In this document: in pieces, positions 27,345 through 40,049 of the stretch
Layout: every line of letters starts with the position of its first letter
How positions within the stretch are numbered: the stretch's first letter is position 1
NCBI RefSeq assembly: GCF_001194135.2
Contig: NC_068982.1
Coordinates: forward strand, 33,849,459 to 33,913,458
Length of the DNA: 64,000 nucleotides
Direction of reading: 5' to 3'
DNA from: Octopus bimaculoides
Taxonomy: Eukaryota
The notes under the pieces: model-generated
What the model saw: the letters and a program-made list of their open reading frames with translations, nothing else
The model's database searches: none
What the model was told of the DNA's origin: nothing
Translations under genes and position numbers: made by a program

Positions 27345-27561
27345 CAAGGTGAGGCTGAAAAGCTGCTGGCTTTAAGGGTATCACAAAAGACCTGATTGGA
27401 GGCCCAACCGTCCAAGTTATTTTAAAAGGCTTAGAAAAACTGAAAGAACACTACAATAAGTCTGGGAATCTGAGAGGGGAATATGTTCAATAAAACCATA
27501 ATTAATTGATCCACTTGTGTTTTCTTTTACCCAAAGCCAGGAACTTTACAGCCCTCCTTTG
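27345..27561 (+). mobile_element. Internally deleted mariner MITE (217 bp)
   Basis: TA flanks; imperfect ~28-bp TIRs (CAAGGTGAGGCTGAAAAGCTGCTGGCTTT / AAAGCCAGGAACTTTACAGCCCTCCTTTG); retains the transposase tail GLEKLKEHYNKSGNLRGEYVQ*. Confidence 0.75.
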
Positions 27562-30544
27562 TATAGGTGTGAAATAGGTACCTCTTTTCCTGTATGGCAA
27601 GTCAAACTTATCTGACTATGATTTGTATGGTGCTGGTGACCTTGAGATGAAGGACTTTTGACTGAATGCTGACAGTTAAATACTAGTCATTTAGTCCAGT
27701 AGGCAGGGCCTCACGTCAGTGAGAGGTGGAGTGGCTGGGTGTTGGGGGTTGCTGCTCTGTAAAGCCATCAAGAGGAAGGCTCAAAAACAGTGTGCATTCT
27801 CTCCTGATGACCCTCAAAATCTATGGGCATCTTGTGTGCAGAGCTTTTGATTACAGCATTTACACAAGTAAGCTCTGAGGTAGAATCTACTGACTATCTT
27901 CCCTCCCTATAAATTAGTAAGTTTGAGTAAAAGTTAGAAATTAACATATGAATATTAATCAAAACTAATCAAAATGTTAATCAAAACTAGTCAGATATAG
28001 TTTTGAATCAACTTCATATAGAGAAACATGCTTGATTAAATATTTATGCAAATATGAATAATCCAAACTATGGAAGATCATTGTCTGAAAGGATATGTTT
28101 GTTTCTAACAATGCATCTTTCAAGCTAAAAAAATGATAAAGCTTATATAATAATTAGATTTCTAGATGACTGCATGAACATATATTATTGATACACTATT
28201 TGAAGTAAAGCCAGATTAGTGATATAAGGTTGTAAACCTCATTAAACTTTGGCCTCATAATATGTTGACTGTTTTGACTCCAACTCTACGATGCACACAT
28301 ACGCACAGACACACACACACATGCACACACAGACATACACACACATGCACACACATACACAAACACACATGCGCACGCACACGCACACACACACACACAC
28401 ACATTTAAACTTAACAAAACACACTCCAACTCTCCTTCTCACTTTGATTTTTTGCCAAGAAAGAAAATCTTTTCCCCACAACACAACAAAACAACAATAA
28501 TACGTCTCTTCTCTCAGCCATTTGCAGTGTGCTTCAAAACAAGCTTTTTATACCATTAAACGATTCAGTCTTTCTCTGTCTATAAGGATATTTCCTAATC
28601 TAGAGAAAGAACTTGTAAGGAGGGTATTGATCAAACAATGCATCAGTCTAGCACCTAATTATCTGTGGGAGTCTCCTATCCTTTTTGACATCACAGAGAC
28701 AGTGAATGGTCTTGAAAGGAGACAGTGTAACCAAATTTGAGAGAGAGAGGGGGATGGGGGGAGAAGAATCAACCCCTAGCCTTAACTAGTACCTTATTTA
28801 TTGACTCTCAAAGCGATGGAAGATAAAACTGACCTCAGCAAGATTTAAACTCAAAAAAACAGAAAGCCGGAACAAATATTGCAAAACATTCTATCCAACA
28901 CTCTACCAATTCATAGTAATTAACATTAGAGCACTGTTCATCTGTTTAAAATGGTTAGTACTGCTGCTACACACACAAGCATCATAAAAAAAGCTGGTAC
29001 TTAATTGGTTACAGCAACAAGGGTTCCAGTTGATCTGATCAACAGAACAGCCTGCTCGTGAAATTAATGCACAAGTGGCTGAGCAAGCCATTAACATACA
29101 TACCTTTAATGTGGTTCCCAAGGAGATTCAGAATGACACAGAATATGACAAGGTTAGCCCTTTGAATTACTGGTACAACTCATTTTTGCCAGCTGAGTGG
29201 ACTTGAGTGATGTGAAATAAAGTGTCTTGCTCAAGAGCACAAGGCACTGCCAGGTATCAAACTCACGTCCTTATGATCATGAGTCAAATATCCTAACCAC
29301 TAAGCTACATGCCTTCAAACAAAAGCATCATAGATTGTATCAAATAGGAAGCTATTCATGTGATAGACAAATATTCACTCACCAACACATAACATTCATT
29401 GGTTCATAGATGTACAATTTTTTCTCTTTTCCTTTCTGTCACTGTTATAACTGTCTATATTTCTCTCATCTAACAAGCTGCATACCACTTTAATCATATC
29501 TCTGGCCTTTCCTCTTTTTCCTCCTCTAATCTCACCTGTGATTCATTCTTCAGATGAGCAATTAAATGTTTTGGGATTTGAGGAAGGAATCACAGTCTTC
29601 TGGGAATTTCTAGACTTTTCAGTAGACTTTAGCCTACAGATGTTCAATCTAAATATGAACAGCAATGATCTCACCAAGCTTAGAGAGCCTACAGAAATGT
29701 TTATCATTACCCCTCCTCCTTTAATTAATTTATAAATAAAAAAAAGCTTGAAAGAGAAACTCTACATCATTGCTTGACTTGCTAAACATAGCAGACAAAC
29801 CTTCCATCAAATTGTACCCTACTGTCTTAAATATGGAGTGATACATTGGTAGGGTGCAATTTGATGGAAGATTTATTTGTTATTGACCATGGGTTTGCAA
29901 GTCAAGGCTCACCTAAAGTTAAGAATAACTAATTAATCAAAAATACATACATTCTGACTCGAAAGAAGAGGGGGTTTAGTAAATCCAGGCAAATACCTCT
30001 GAAAGCACTCCATGTAATCAAAACCTAGCTACATATTGACTTGGATATTTACATTTAATTATGTCATACTGATTAATACTAGACATATTAAATCAATAAA
30101 ATTATATAGAACCAAAACTAAGAAAGTGTACTTTATTCAGAAATAGATTATTACAGTAATTAGTATTTACTGCATTCACATTTGCTTCCAGCCATTTCTT
30201 TTATTTTTCTATTTTCTTCTTATGTTCATATTACCTCACAATGTTCATATTACCTGCAATGTTCACATTACCAACTGCAAAAAGAATTAAGATATTAGTT
30301 CCTTTGGGCAAGCTTTCTCTGAATTCTGTCCTATAAAGTTCCAATAAGTAGAAGTGAAGATGAAACAGAACATATATTAAAGTAATGAAGAACAAAGCCT
30401 GAGCATTAGGTTTCTCTTTGAGTGTGGAGTTATTGCAAATCCTATATTTATATTTGTATCAAGTGTCTGTGATACTGACTTTAGTCTTCAAAAACAACTG
30501 ATCTCCTCACTGCCACTATTGCCATCCTCTTCTTCCTCCTTTAA

Positions 30545-30766
30545 CCCTTTAGCATTTAAACTAGCCATATCTAACCAAAATATTTCATCTGTTTTATGTT
30601 CAAATCAGCCATATCCAGCCTCTCACACTTAACCAAAAATGCAATTCTAAAAATAAGCTATCACATCATCAAAATCTCAATGCTACAAGATAATGCATGA
30701 TTAGTTCAAAACATTGTGAATATAAATAAGCATTACATTTGACAGAGCAATCTGAATGCTAAACAG
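30545..30766. mobile_element. piggyBac-like MITE, copy 1
   Basis: TTAA-CCCTTTAGCATT ... AATGCTAAACAG-TTAA; homologous to 51966-52180. Confidence 0.7.
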
Positions 30767-33700
30767 TTAATATCCATCTTTCATGTTGGCATAGACTGGA
30801 CAATTTGACTGGATCTAACAGGTCTGAGAACTACGTGGCTGCATGCCCTTCCAAATGCCAACCACTTCATAGAGTGTTCTCTATCATAAATGTTATTAGA
30901 TGTTTCATTACTACCAGCATTTTATTGGTCTCTTTACCATCACTGAGACAGCCTCAATGTGTTGCTAGAATTACCTGTCAAATCTCTCCCAAATCATACC
31001 CTACCATCATAAAAAAAGGACATATTAATTTATGTAGTCCTAGATACACTATACCAGAAAATAAAAAGTGTAGAACAGTCATTGTTGGAACACTTTAATC
31101 ATAGGTCTGCTTGAGCAAAACTTTAACAAGCCTAGAAGGGATCCTGTACATGGCTGTTCAACCTGTTAGAAGTAACAGCCAAATCTTCTTAATATTACAC
31201 CATATCATCTTAAATGAATAGGGATACACTGGACAACATAGTACTCATTGATATTTTTGATGACAGCATGGTCAAAGCTGGAGTGCCTTTGATCTGAGCA
31301 GAAACAACAATAACAAAAATTTTTACAACAGACTCTAATCGATTGAAAATAGCCTCTACTGAGCTTAAATTTATTTTTTGATTTCAAATGTAGGAAATTT
31401 AATATAATTCATTATATTGGTACTGACATGGCTGGGTGGTTGAGAAGCTTGCTTTACAACAATGTGGTTTCAGGTTCAATCTCACTGTGTGACACCTTGG
31501 GCAAATGTCTTCTACTAAAGCCCTAGACTGACATGAATTAGTGACGATAAACTTTTTCCTTTATGGTATTATATTGTGCCTAGCTGTTTATATCAATTTT
31601 TAATATATATATATATATATATATGGGCATATGGCTTCTGCTATAGCCTTGGGCTGACCAAAGCCTTGTAAGTGGAATTGGTAGACGGAAACTGAAAGAG
31701 GTCCATCGTATACATATATATATATGTGTGCATGTGTGTGTGTGTATGTGTATGTTTGTATGTATATATTTATGTGTGTGTGTCTTTGTGTCCATGTTTG
31801 TCCCCCCCCACCATCACTTGACAACTGATAGTGGTGTGTTTATGTCCCCGTAACTTAACAGTTCAGCAAAATAGACCAACAGAATAAGTACTAGGCTTAC
31901 AAAGAATAAGTCCTGGGGTTGATTTCTTTGACTCTAAAATCCCTTTAAGGCAATGCTCCAGCATGGCTGCAGTCAAATGACTGAAACAAGTAAATGAATA
32001 AAAGAATACACACACACATATATATGTATGTATATATATATATATATGTTTATATATGTATGTATATATGTGTGTGTGTGTGTCTTTGTGATTGTCCTCC
32101 ACCTCACTGCTTGACAACTGGTGTTCCTTTGCTTACATCCTCATAATTTAGTGGCAAAAGACTTATAGAAGAAGGACCAGACTTATAAAAAAATAAGTAC
32201 CAGGTGTTGATTTGTTTGATTAAAATCATTCAATACCATGCTTCAACATGCCTGCAGTCCAATGACTAAAATAAGTAAAAGATAAAAGATAAAAAGATAA
32301 AAGATCTCGTACACCCTTAACCTATTTGTTCTGCTTTATTTCTAGAAACTTCTCTAAACGTGTTTCTTGCTGATATAAAGTGCAGCATTTTTTTACATTC
32401 ATCTCCTTCCTAAGTACTTTCCAGAACAGGATATACGCTAGCACACCTCTCCCTCTCTTAACTGTTTTGAAGCCATACTTTTCTTTCTCCTCCACTTCAT
32501 CTGTAATGTTGTTCCCTTCTGTATAGGTTACTTCAACCATTCACAATAAAATTACTTGCTGTTCAATGAAAACTATCAACAAACAACTCAGAGCATCACT
32601 ATATTTGTATAATTTTGAGATATATTTGATAATATTATTTTAAGTAATACTGATAATAATGATTACGTATTGTTAAACTTTGAGACTCTTTGAACAAACA
32701 AGATGCCACAAGCCTCTTAACCAAATAGTTTTTGACCTCCAAAACATTCTTTCACAGATAAAATATTTTAATTAAAAATCCAATCTAATTAGATTAAGAT
32801 AATTTATCTTAAGAAGGGTTAAAAAATAAGCATTAATCATCTAGAGCAACGGCTCTTAATATTCTGTTTTGTTTTTTTCTTACTCATGGCCACTTTTGAA
32901 TTCAAAAATTTATCTATCTTTGTGGATGCCCACATAAACATTACACTGTGTAACAAAATTAAATTTTTTTTTATTTTTGGCCAGTAAGTGCTATTTCCTA
33001 TTTGCTTTTATCTAGAAATCAAAGGAAATGACTATTATTCCTTTAAAACTTTGCTTTTGTGACCTGGGCATCAGTATTTTGAAACTGACCTATTTTCAAT
33101 TATGTTTCATTGAGTTGCTGAAGCAGAAATATTGATGTAGCAAATATTCTGCTCAATACCACAGATTTACTTGTCAATTGCTTGACCTTAACCACTTGAG
33201 CATGTTCTTTAGTGGCTGACAGTATTTGCATCTCTGATCATGAGCAGGAGTAGCCATGTGTTTGAGAGGGTTCATTTGAGGTTTGAATAAATATCAAAAC
33301 AGAAGCAAAGTTTGGAGGAAATATTAACCATTTTCCATATTTTCTAGGGGAAAGCAAATAGGAAATAACAGTCGCTATCCATGGACAAAAATCATTGTTA
33401 CACAGTGTTTTTAGTTGAAAACTTATAACAAAAACAAAAGCAAACTATTTTATCATTTGCAATGTACATTATTTCCAGCTTTAGTAACATGCAAAAATAA
33501 CTACTTTTATTGAGGTAAAGATACTTGTCTTTTGAGTTCACATTATCATCCTTACCACCTTATTTTTTATCAAAAGCCTCTTTCACTTTCGCATTTCCTC
33601 TGTACACCACATTCTGTCAATGGTAGCTTCATGTTCATCTCTCACTGTTTCCACCCCTATGTACTTCTGACCTTGTCCCTGGCACCATGCATCTCTCATA

Positions 33701-34156
33701 CACTGCTCATCTGTACTGCCTCTAGCTTTTCTCTCCCAAAACTGATATTCACCAATGACCATACCTCTACCTATGTTCACAATTCACTGCATTCAACTCT
33801 CTTTCTATCTCTATCCATCTGCCTCTCTCATTTTACTCTCTTACAAACTTAATAACTCATTCACCTCTGGATCACTTCTCTTATGGTAACTTGAGGTAGC
33901 CATGTAGCCCCAGCAAAATACCTGTTTCTGTCACTCTATCATAGTTTAGCTTCCCATAACCTGGCATAAAACCACTTCTCTTAATACTATACCACCCTCA
34001 GTTGAAGTGCCTTGTTTTGTGATTGGCATTAAGAAGGGCCTACCAACTGTAGAAGCCATCCCAAAGCAGACATTGGAGCTTGGTGTAGTCCTATTGATTG
34101 TTGGCTCCTGCCAAACCATCCAAGTCATGCCAGTATGGAAAACAGATGTTAAAAAA

Positions 34157-34199
<43 letters not shown>

Positions 34200-35056
34200 G
34201 ATTGATGATGATGATGACGAAGACGACGATGATGATGATGATCATAAAGTTGTGTTTTAGCAAATTAAATTCTATTAAGACATAAATATGCACAAGTCAC
34301 ACAAGCTAAAAGGATTGCTAAAAATTAACTTAATTCATATCTAATTAAAAAGTAAAATTTAAGCATAAAATATATTTAAAAATGTTATTGATTAACATTT
34401 TATTAAGTAAGAGCCTTGTGGCTAATACAAACTTGAACGTTTTTCAACATCTACCTGCAGTGTTGTTAATGACAAATTAAGATTACCCCTTCTTCATAAT
34501 ATTAAAGTAAGTGTAAGCTTTTTATAACCAGATTCAACAAAATAAGAAATGGTAAAAACAATGACATACAACTTTACTTTCTCTCAGAAAAGCAAACATG
34601 TCACAGCAGTTTCACTACTTCTCCATTAGTTATGCTTGCCAAGTTTGGATATAGCTTCAGCTGTTTCATCATTAATTTTAATGATGCTTTGCTATAATTT
34701 TATATCAGATCTCTTGTATTTAGCTGAAATGGCTACATCATCGAATATGGAATGCTTATCTCTTAGCAAGTCACTGAAATGAACTTTCTCACCCAGGGCT
34801 ATCTTAAGACTTGAGCACACTGGGCAGGTGCCCCAAGGCCTTCTGACCTATGTGTGTGGTAGCTTGCTGTAAATAAATAAGTACACTAGGGTCAGTTTAT
34901 TGATTTGCCTGGGGGCCTACAATGCTGCCCAGTTCCTATCACTATATAAATGCTTCAAACTCTCAACATATGCAGAAAGGTTATCATCACCTTACAGTTC
35001 AGTGTCAATGCTAACTAGGGCCAGAAACTGCTCCAACTAACAACATTGTATATTGC

Positions 35057-35450
35057 AGGAGTGGCTGTGTGGTAAGTAGCTTGCTTACCAACCACATGGT
35101 TCCGGGTTCAGTCCCATTGCGTGGCACCTTGGGCAAGTGTCTTCTACTATAGCCTCGGGCTGACCAAAGCCTTGTCAGTGGATTTGGTAGACGGAAACTG
35201 AAAGAAGCCTGTCGTATATATGTATATATATATGTATGTATGTGTGTTTGTGTGTCTGTGTTTGTCCCCCCACCATCGTTTGACAACCGATGCTGGTGTG
35301 TTTACGTCCCCGTAACTTAGCGGTTTGGCAAAAAGAGACCGATAGAATAAGTACTAGGCTTACAAAGAATAAGTCCTGGGGTCGATTTTCTCCACTAAAG
35401 GCGGTGCTCCAGCATGGCCACAGTCAAATGACTGAAACAAGTAAAAGAGT
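35057..35450 (+). mobile_element. tRNA-derived SINE family A, near full-length copy (about 14 other copies or fragments in the window)
   Basis: Head GCAGGAGTGGCTGTGTGGTAAG...GGGTTCAGTCCC, core CCTTGGGCAAG, internal (TA/TG)n and tail GACTGAAACAAGTAAAAGA. Other copies include 12877-13230, 20400-20560, 23460-23620, 25490-25935, 31425-32000, 47880-48215, 49850-50220 and 57225-57600. Confidence 0.85.
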
Positions 35451-35950
35451 AACTCTGAATAATTTGAGTTTCTCAATGAAGCAGTATTAGCCTCTTTGCA
35501 AGATGTAAGATTATAGTCCAAACCCACTCACTACCCTCTTACAGTTTATTCAATAAATTTAGCTTTTGAACTATATTTGAGATGTAAAATGTATCACACC
35601 TGGTAACAACCAACTTCTCACCAAACTGTTTACTATTCAGAAATGTCTCAAAGGGCAATAATTGCATTCCTTTTTCTTTTAGTTATTGCTAGTTATCTTT
35701 ATAAACCTTGCTGAAACTTATTATTTCTATACTTGTAAATCTCATAGGGTTAGTTTTGTTGAAATGAATAAGTTTAGTTGCTGTGAGGAGTAGAGGAACT
35801 GCCATTGTGATCACAGCCTCTTCAGTTGAGTTTAGAGTGTTTGGTACGATTACTTCAGTAATCACCAGCAGAAAATTATAAAGCTTGTGAGTTTGTTTAA
35901 GGTGATTGGTGGTGAGATTAGATACAAGATTTGGGACAGAACTTCATCTT

Positions 35951-36182
35951 ATTTCTTTACTGCCCACAAGAGGCTAAACATAGAGGGGACAAACAAGGAC
36001 AGACAAAGGAATTAAGTCAATTACAACGACCCCAGTGCGTAACTGGTACTTAATTTATCGACCCCGAAAGGATGAAAGGCAAAGTCGACCTCAGCGGAAT
36101 TTGAACTCAGAATGTAACGGCAGACGAAATACCGCTAAGCATTTCGCCTGGTGTGCTAACGGTTCTGCCAGCTCGCCACCTT
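35951..36182 (-). mobile_element. tRNA-derived SINE family B (Deu/Nin-like core), full copy with a 16-bp TSD
   Basis: GGCGAGCTGGCAGAA...GAGTTCAAATTCC...GAGGTCGACTTTGCCTTTCATCC; GACAGAACTTCATCTT duplicated at 35935-35950 and 36183-36198. Other copies at about 685-830, 4742-4890, 5140-5355, 14075-14250, 15030-15235, 16037-16260 and 54970-55170. Confidence 0.88.
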
Positions 36183-36792
36183 GACAGAACTTCATCTTGG
36201 TAACAAAAAATTCTGGATAGTGCTAAGCACGCATATATAAGTTAAGAAGGGATGAAAAAAGGGTGATAGACAAGTCAAGTTGGCATAGAGTGAAAAAATA
36301 ATAAAGAATCATAATTCAGTGGGGGTGGCGTGTCATTGTAGCTGGGTGTAAAACAGTATATTTTATTATCTCCTGATATAAGAATGAGTGTAGTGTTTTT
36401 ATATATTTGTATATATATATATATATATATATATGAATTTGTCCAAAATCAAGCAGTGGGAGTGAATGGTGAAAGAAGAGGAGAGAAAATAGTAAATCAG
36501 TGAAGGAGAAGTAGTGAGAGTAATAGCTATGACTGAGAGGAAGTGAAAAACAGTAATAGCAATGAGAGAAAGGAAGTGGTAAAGAGAGCATCATGTATCT
36601 TCTACTATAACAATCTACTATAATAATACTGTTGTGTAGTTCTCCAACACAACATATGAATGAGAAAGAAAGGAGTGTTCAACTGATGGAAGTGGGATGG
36701 TGAAAAGTCAATGGTGAAACAAAAATCAAACAGCGCCTTAACTCTGTGTGAATATACGCGTGTGCATGTAAAAAGGGAGGAATGTGAATGTT

Positions 36793-36823
<31 letters not shown>

Positions 36824-38209
36824 TTGTGTACAATATATTTATATATTTGAGTGAGTATATATGTGTTTGTGTATGTTTATTTAGAAAGATATATAGAAAA
36901 TAGAATTAGAGACACATGCGCATTTACACATACATATATATATATATATAAACAGACACACTTAAAAAGGAAGGAAGCGGGCTGTGACAATGTATAGAAA
37001 ACCATGTTCGCTACAGACTGTGCTACTCATACATATAAATGTATACATATGCACGCACGCACACAGAGTTGAAGCACTGTTTGATTTTTTTTCAACTTTT
37101 TTGTAACCTTTTTATATATAAAATAATACAATTAGCTGTCATTTTTGATGGTACAGGGTCAACTAGTAATAAATAAATCTCCATCTAGAGTGACCAGATA
37201 GAGAAAGTGAAATGTGAAAGAGAGGTGGATAACATGTTGTTAAACAGATACTGGTGTAGAGAGGAGAGGATACTCATAATATGGTCAGTAGATGGAATTA
37301 CATGATAGACCAAGAGATAAACAAGTGTTTAGCAACATAAATGCAAATGTATCCAAGAAAGGAAGGGTTATATATATAATCTATATAAAGAAGTGTAATG
37401 TGGACTGATAGCCAAGTGTGTAAGAGGAGCTTTCTGTGATAGGTGTATGATTCTCTGAATCCTCATTTTGTATTACTCATTTATATATGTGTGTGTGTCG
37501 TCGTCGTCGTTTAACGTCCGCTTTCCATGCTAGCATGGGTTGGACGATTTTACTGAGGACTGGTGAAACCAGATGGCTACACCAGGCTCCAATCTGATTT
37601 GGCAGAGTTTCTACAGCTGGATGCCCTTCCTAACGCCAACTACTCAGAGAGTGTAGTGGGTGCTTTTACGTGTCACCCGCACGAAGGCCAGTCAGGCGGT
37701 ACTGGCAACGGCCACGCTCATCTAGCTCGAAAAACCTCATGTGTCACCCGCACAAGAGCCAGCCCAGGGGTACAAAGAAGTGGGTGCTGTTACATATATG
37801 TATGTGTGTGTTTACACACACATGTATATATATGTATATATACAGTATATGAAATGTATATATTGGTGGTCTCAGAGGAGGTTAGTATGTACTGGGAGCA
37901 GGTTATTGGTAGATATGCATATATTTCTATATGCATTTTTAATTCCATAGGTTGTATGAAGTGCTGCTGATATTTATGGTGTTGAAATTAGCACAAATAT
38001 GAAATATAAGNNNNNNNNNNNNNNNNNNNNNNNNNNNNNNNNNNNNNNNNNNNNNNNNNNNNNNNNNNNNNNNNNNNNNNNNNNNNNNNNNNNNNNNNNN
38101 NNNNNNNNNNNNNNNNNNNNNNNNNNNNNNNNNNNNNNNNNNNNNNNNNNNNNNNNNNNNNNNNNNNNNNNNNNNNNNNNNNNNNNNNNNNNNNNNNNNN
38201 NNNNNNNNN

Positions 38210-38520
38210 GCACTGGCAACGATCCCGCTCGAAAGATTTCATGTGTCACCTGCACATGAGCCAGTCCAGGGGCACTGGCAACGATGGCGCTCGAAAGATT
38301 TCATGTGTTGCCCGCACATGAGCCAGTCCAGGGGCACTGGCAACGATCTCGCTCGAAAATCCTACGACGGCCCCACACAAGAGCCAGTTCAGGGGCACTG
38401 GCAACAATCCCGCTTGAAAGATTTCATGTGTCGCCCGCACATGAGCCAGTTCAGGGGCACCGGCAACGATCTTGCTCGAAAAACCTCATGTGTCACCCGC
38501 ACAAGAGCCAGCCCAGGGGT
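38210..38520 (+). repeat. ~62-bp minisatellite (at least 5 units) derived from the family C SINE interior
   Basis: Units GCACTGGCAACGAT..GCTCGAAA...CACATGAGCCAGTCCAGGG; the same motif occurs twice inside family C copies (61610-61715). Confidence 0.85.
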
Positions 38521-39699
38521 ACAAAGAAGTGGGTGCTGTTACATATATGTATGTGTGTGTTTACACACACATGTATATATATGTATATATACAGTATATG
38601 AAATGTATATATTGGTGGTCTCAGAGGAGGTTAGTATGTACTGGGAGCAGGTTATTGGTAGATATGCATATATTTCTATATGCATTTTTAATTCCATAGG
38701 TTGTATGAAGTGCTGCTGATATTTATGGTGTTGAAATTAGCACAAATATGAAATATAAGGACTATGATAAGACAACCATATATCTGGCTGTTAAATTTGT
38801 GCATAGTCTCTTCCAAAAGTTTTGCAAATTCCCACCAAATCTAATTTGGTCCCTTAAAATGCACCGTTATCTTCCTGGCAACAATATGGAACCTTGTTGT
38901 AAATCACAAATGTAGCGAAACTGTTACATTTGAATTTATATTTTTCATATGATTTTACTTTCAACATTTTATATGACACTATAACAATTGCCTTGGAATA
39001 GATTTAAATACCTGGAAAACCAAATCTGTAATCTTGTTTCAGGTTACAGTTAAAGCCAGTTCACTTTGCCATTTATAATGGTTTTCTTCTAATTTTATTG
39101 AATTTCTTGTTCCAGTGCTAAATGCATTGGTATTGGTGTCATTATCATTTTATATCACTTTTCCATGCTGGACTAAGTGGGATGAGTCGTCAAGGTTTGA
39201 ATCAGTTCTTATTTAGAATTAATGCCATCTTAGACAGAACAGGGGACCATGGAACAAGTGAAAGATAACAGGTAAGAAAGTAACCTCTACATGGCTAACT
39301 TGTTGCGGTTACTTGACCTGCTAGAAATTAACTGAGTTTAGCATGAGATAGTTAAAGGAGTGAAAATCATTCTCAAATTACCCATGATTGCATTTTGAAG
39401 ACAACAGAAAGTCTATTGAAAGAGACATGGCTATCACTTTGGGCGGGTTAAGCAATTATACAGAACATTTCTTGTTAATGGAAGGAGTTAAGAAAAGGCT
39501 ACTAATATCTATCTTTTACATTTTATTTGTTTCAGTCAAAAGGACTGTGGCCATGCTGGAGCACTGTCTTGAAGGGTTTTAGTTGAACAAATTGACCCTT
39601 GTATTTATTCTGTTGGTTTCTTTTGTTGAACCATTAGGATATGGGGACATAAATAATAAGCCAACACCAGTTGTAAAGCATGTTGACTGCTAGCTCCAA

Positions 39700-39857
39700 A
39701 AGATTTTTTATTCTCTCTGTGCTTTTTCCTCATGTTCCTTTCTGTTGAAGAGCGTAGGCTTGAAATGTAAAAGATTTTCTCACCTTCCGGAGCATTAAAC
39801 TAATACACCTATTTGTTGTTTATACACCTGTCTTCGTCTTGTTTTACTGTAAATTTC

Positions 39858-39860
<3 letters not shown>
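39700..39860 (+). mobile_element. Penelope-type terminal repeat fragment with variant hammerhead-like core, copy 1
   Basis: CCTTT-CTGTTGA-A-GAGC-GTAG-GCTT-GAAAT-GTA-AAAG, followed by an ACACCTG-rich tail shared with 57870-58045. Confidence 0.5.
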
Positions 39861-39898
<38 letters not shown>

Positions 39899-40049
39899 TG
39901 GATTTGGTAGAAGGAAACTCGTTGTATATATACCAATACACACATATATATATCATCATCATTTAACATGTCTTGTATGCTAGGATGGGTTGGACTATAT
40001 ACGTGTGTGTGATGTCCCATGTCTCATGAAAACCAAGTTCCCTCAACCT

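Noticed and set aside
27804-27830. CTGATGA followed by a CCC/GGG stem as another hammerhead
   Set aside because: No GAAA after the stem and no helix I or III partner.
32322-32540. 72-aa - strand ORF
   Set aside because: No recognisable motif or convincing splice sites; purine-rich composition is enough to explain it.
38210-38520. CRISPR-like repeat array
   Set aside because: Eukaryotic context, whole units are homologous with no unique spacers, no cas genes, and the unit derives from a SINE.
37725-38759. Apparently identical 286-bp direct duplication (37725-38010 and 38474-38759)
   Set aside because: The copies straddle an N-gap next to a tandem array, which is the typical signature of a collapsed repeat and overlapping contig ends; long reads would be needed to accept it.
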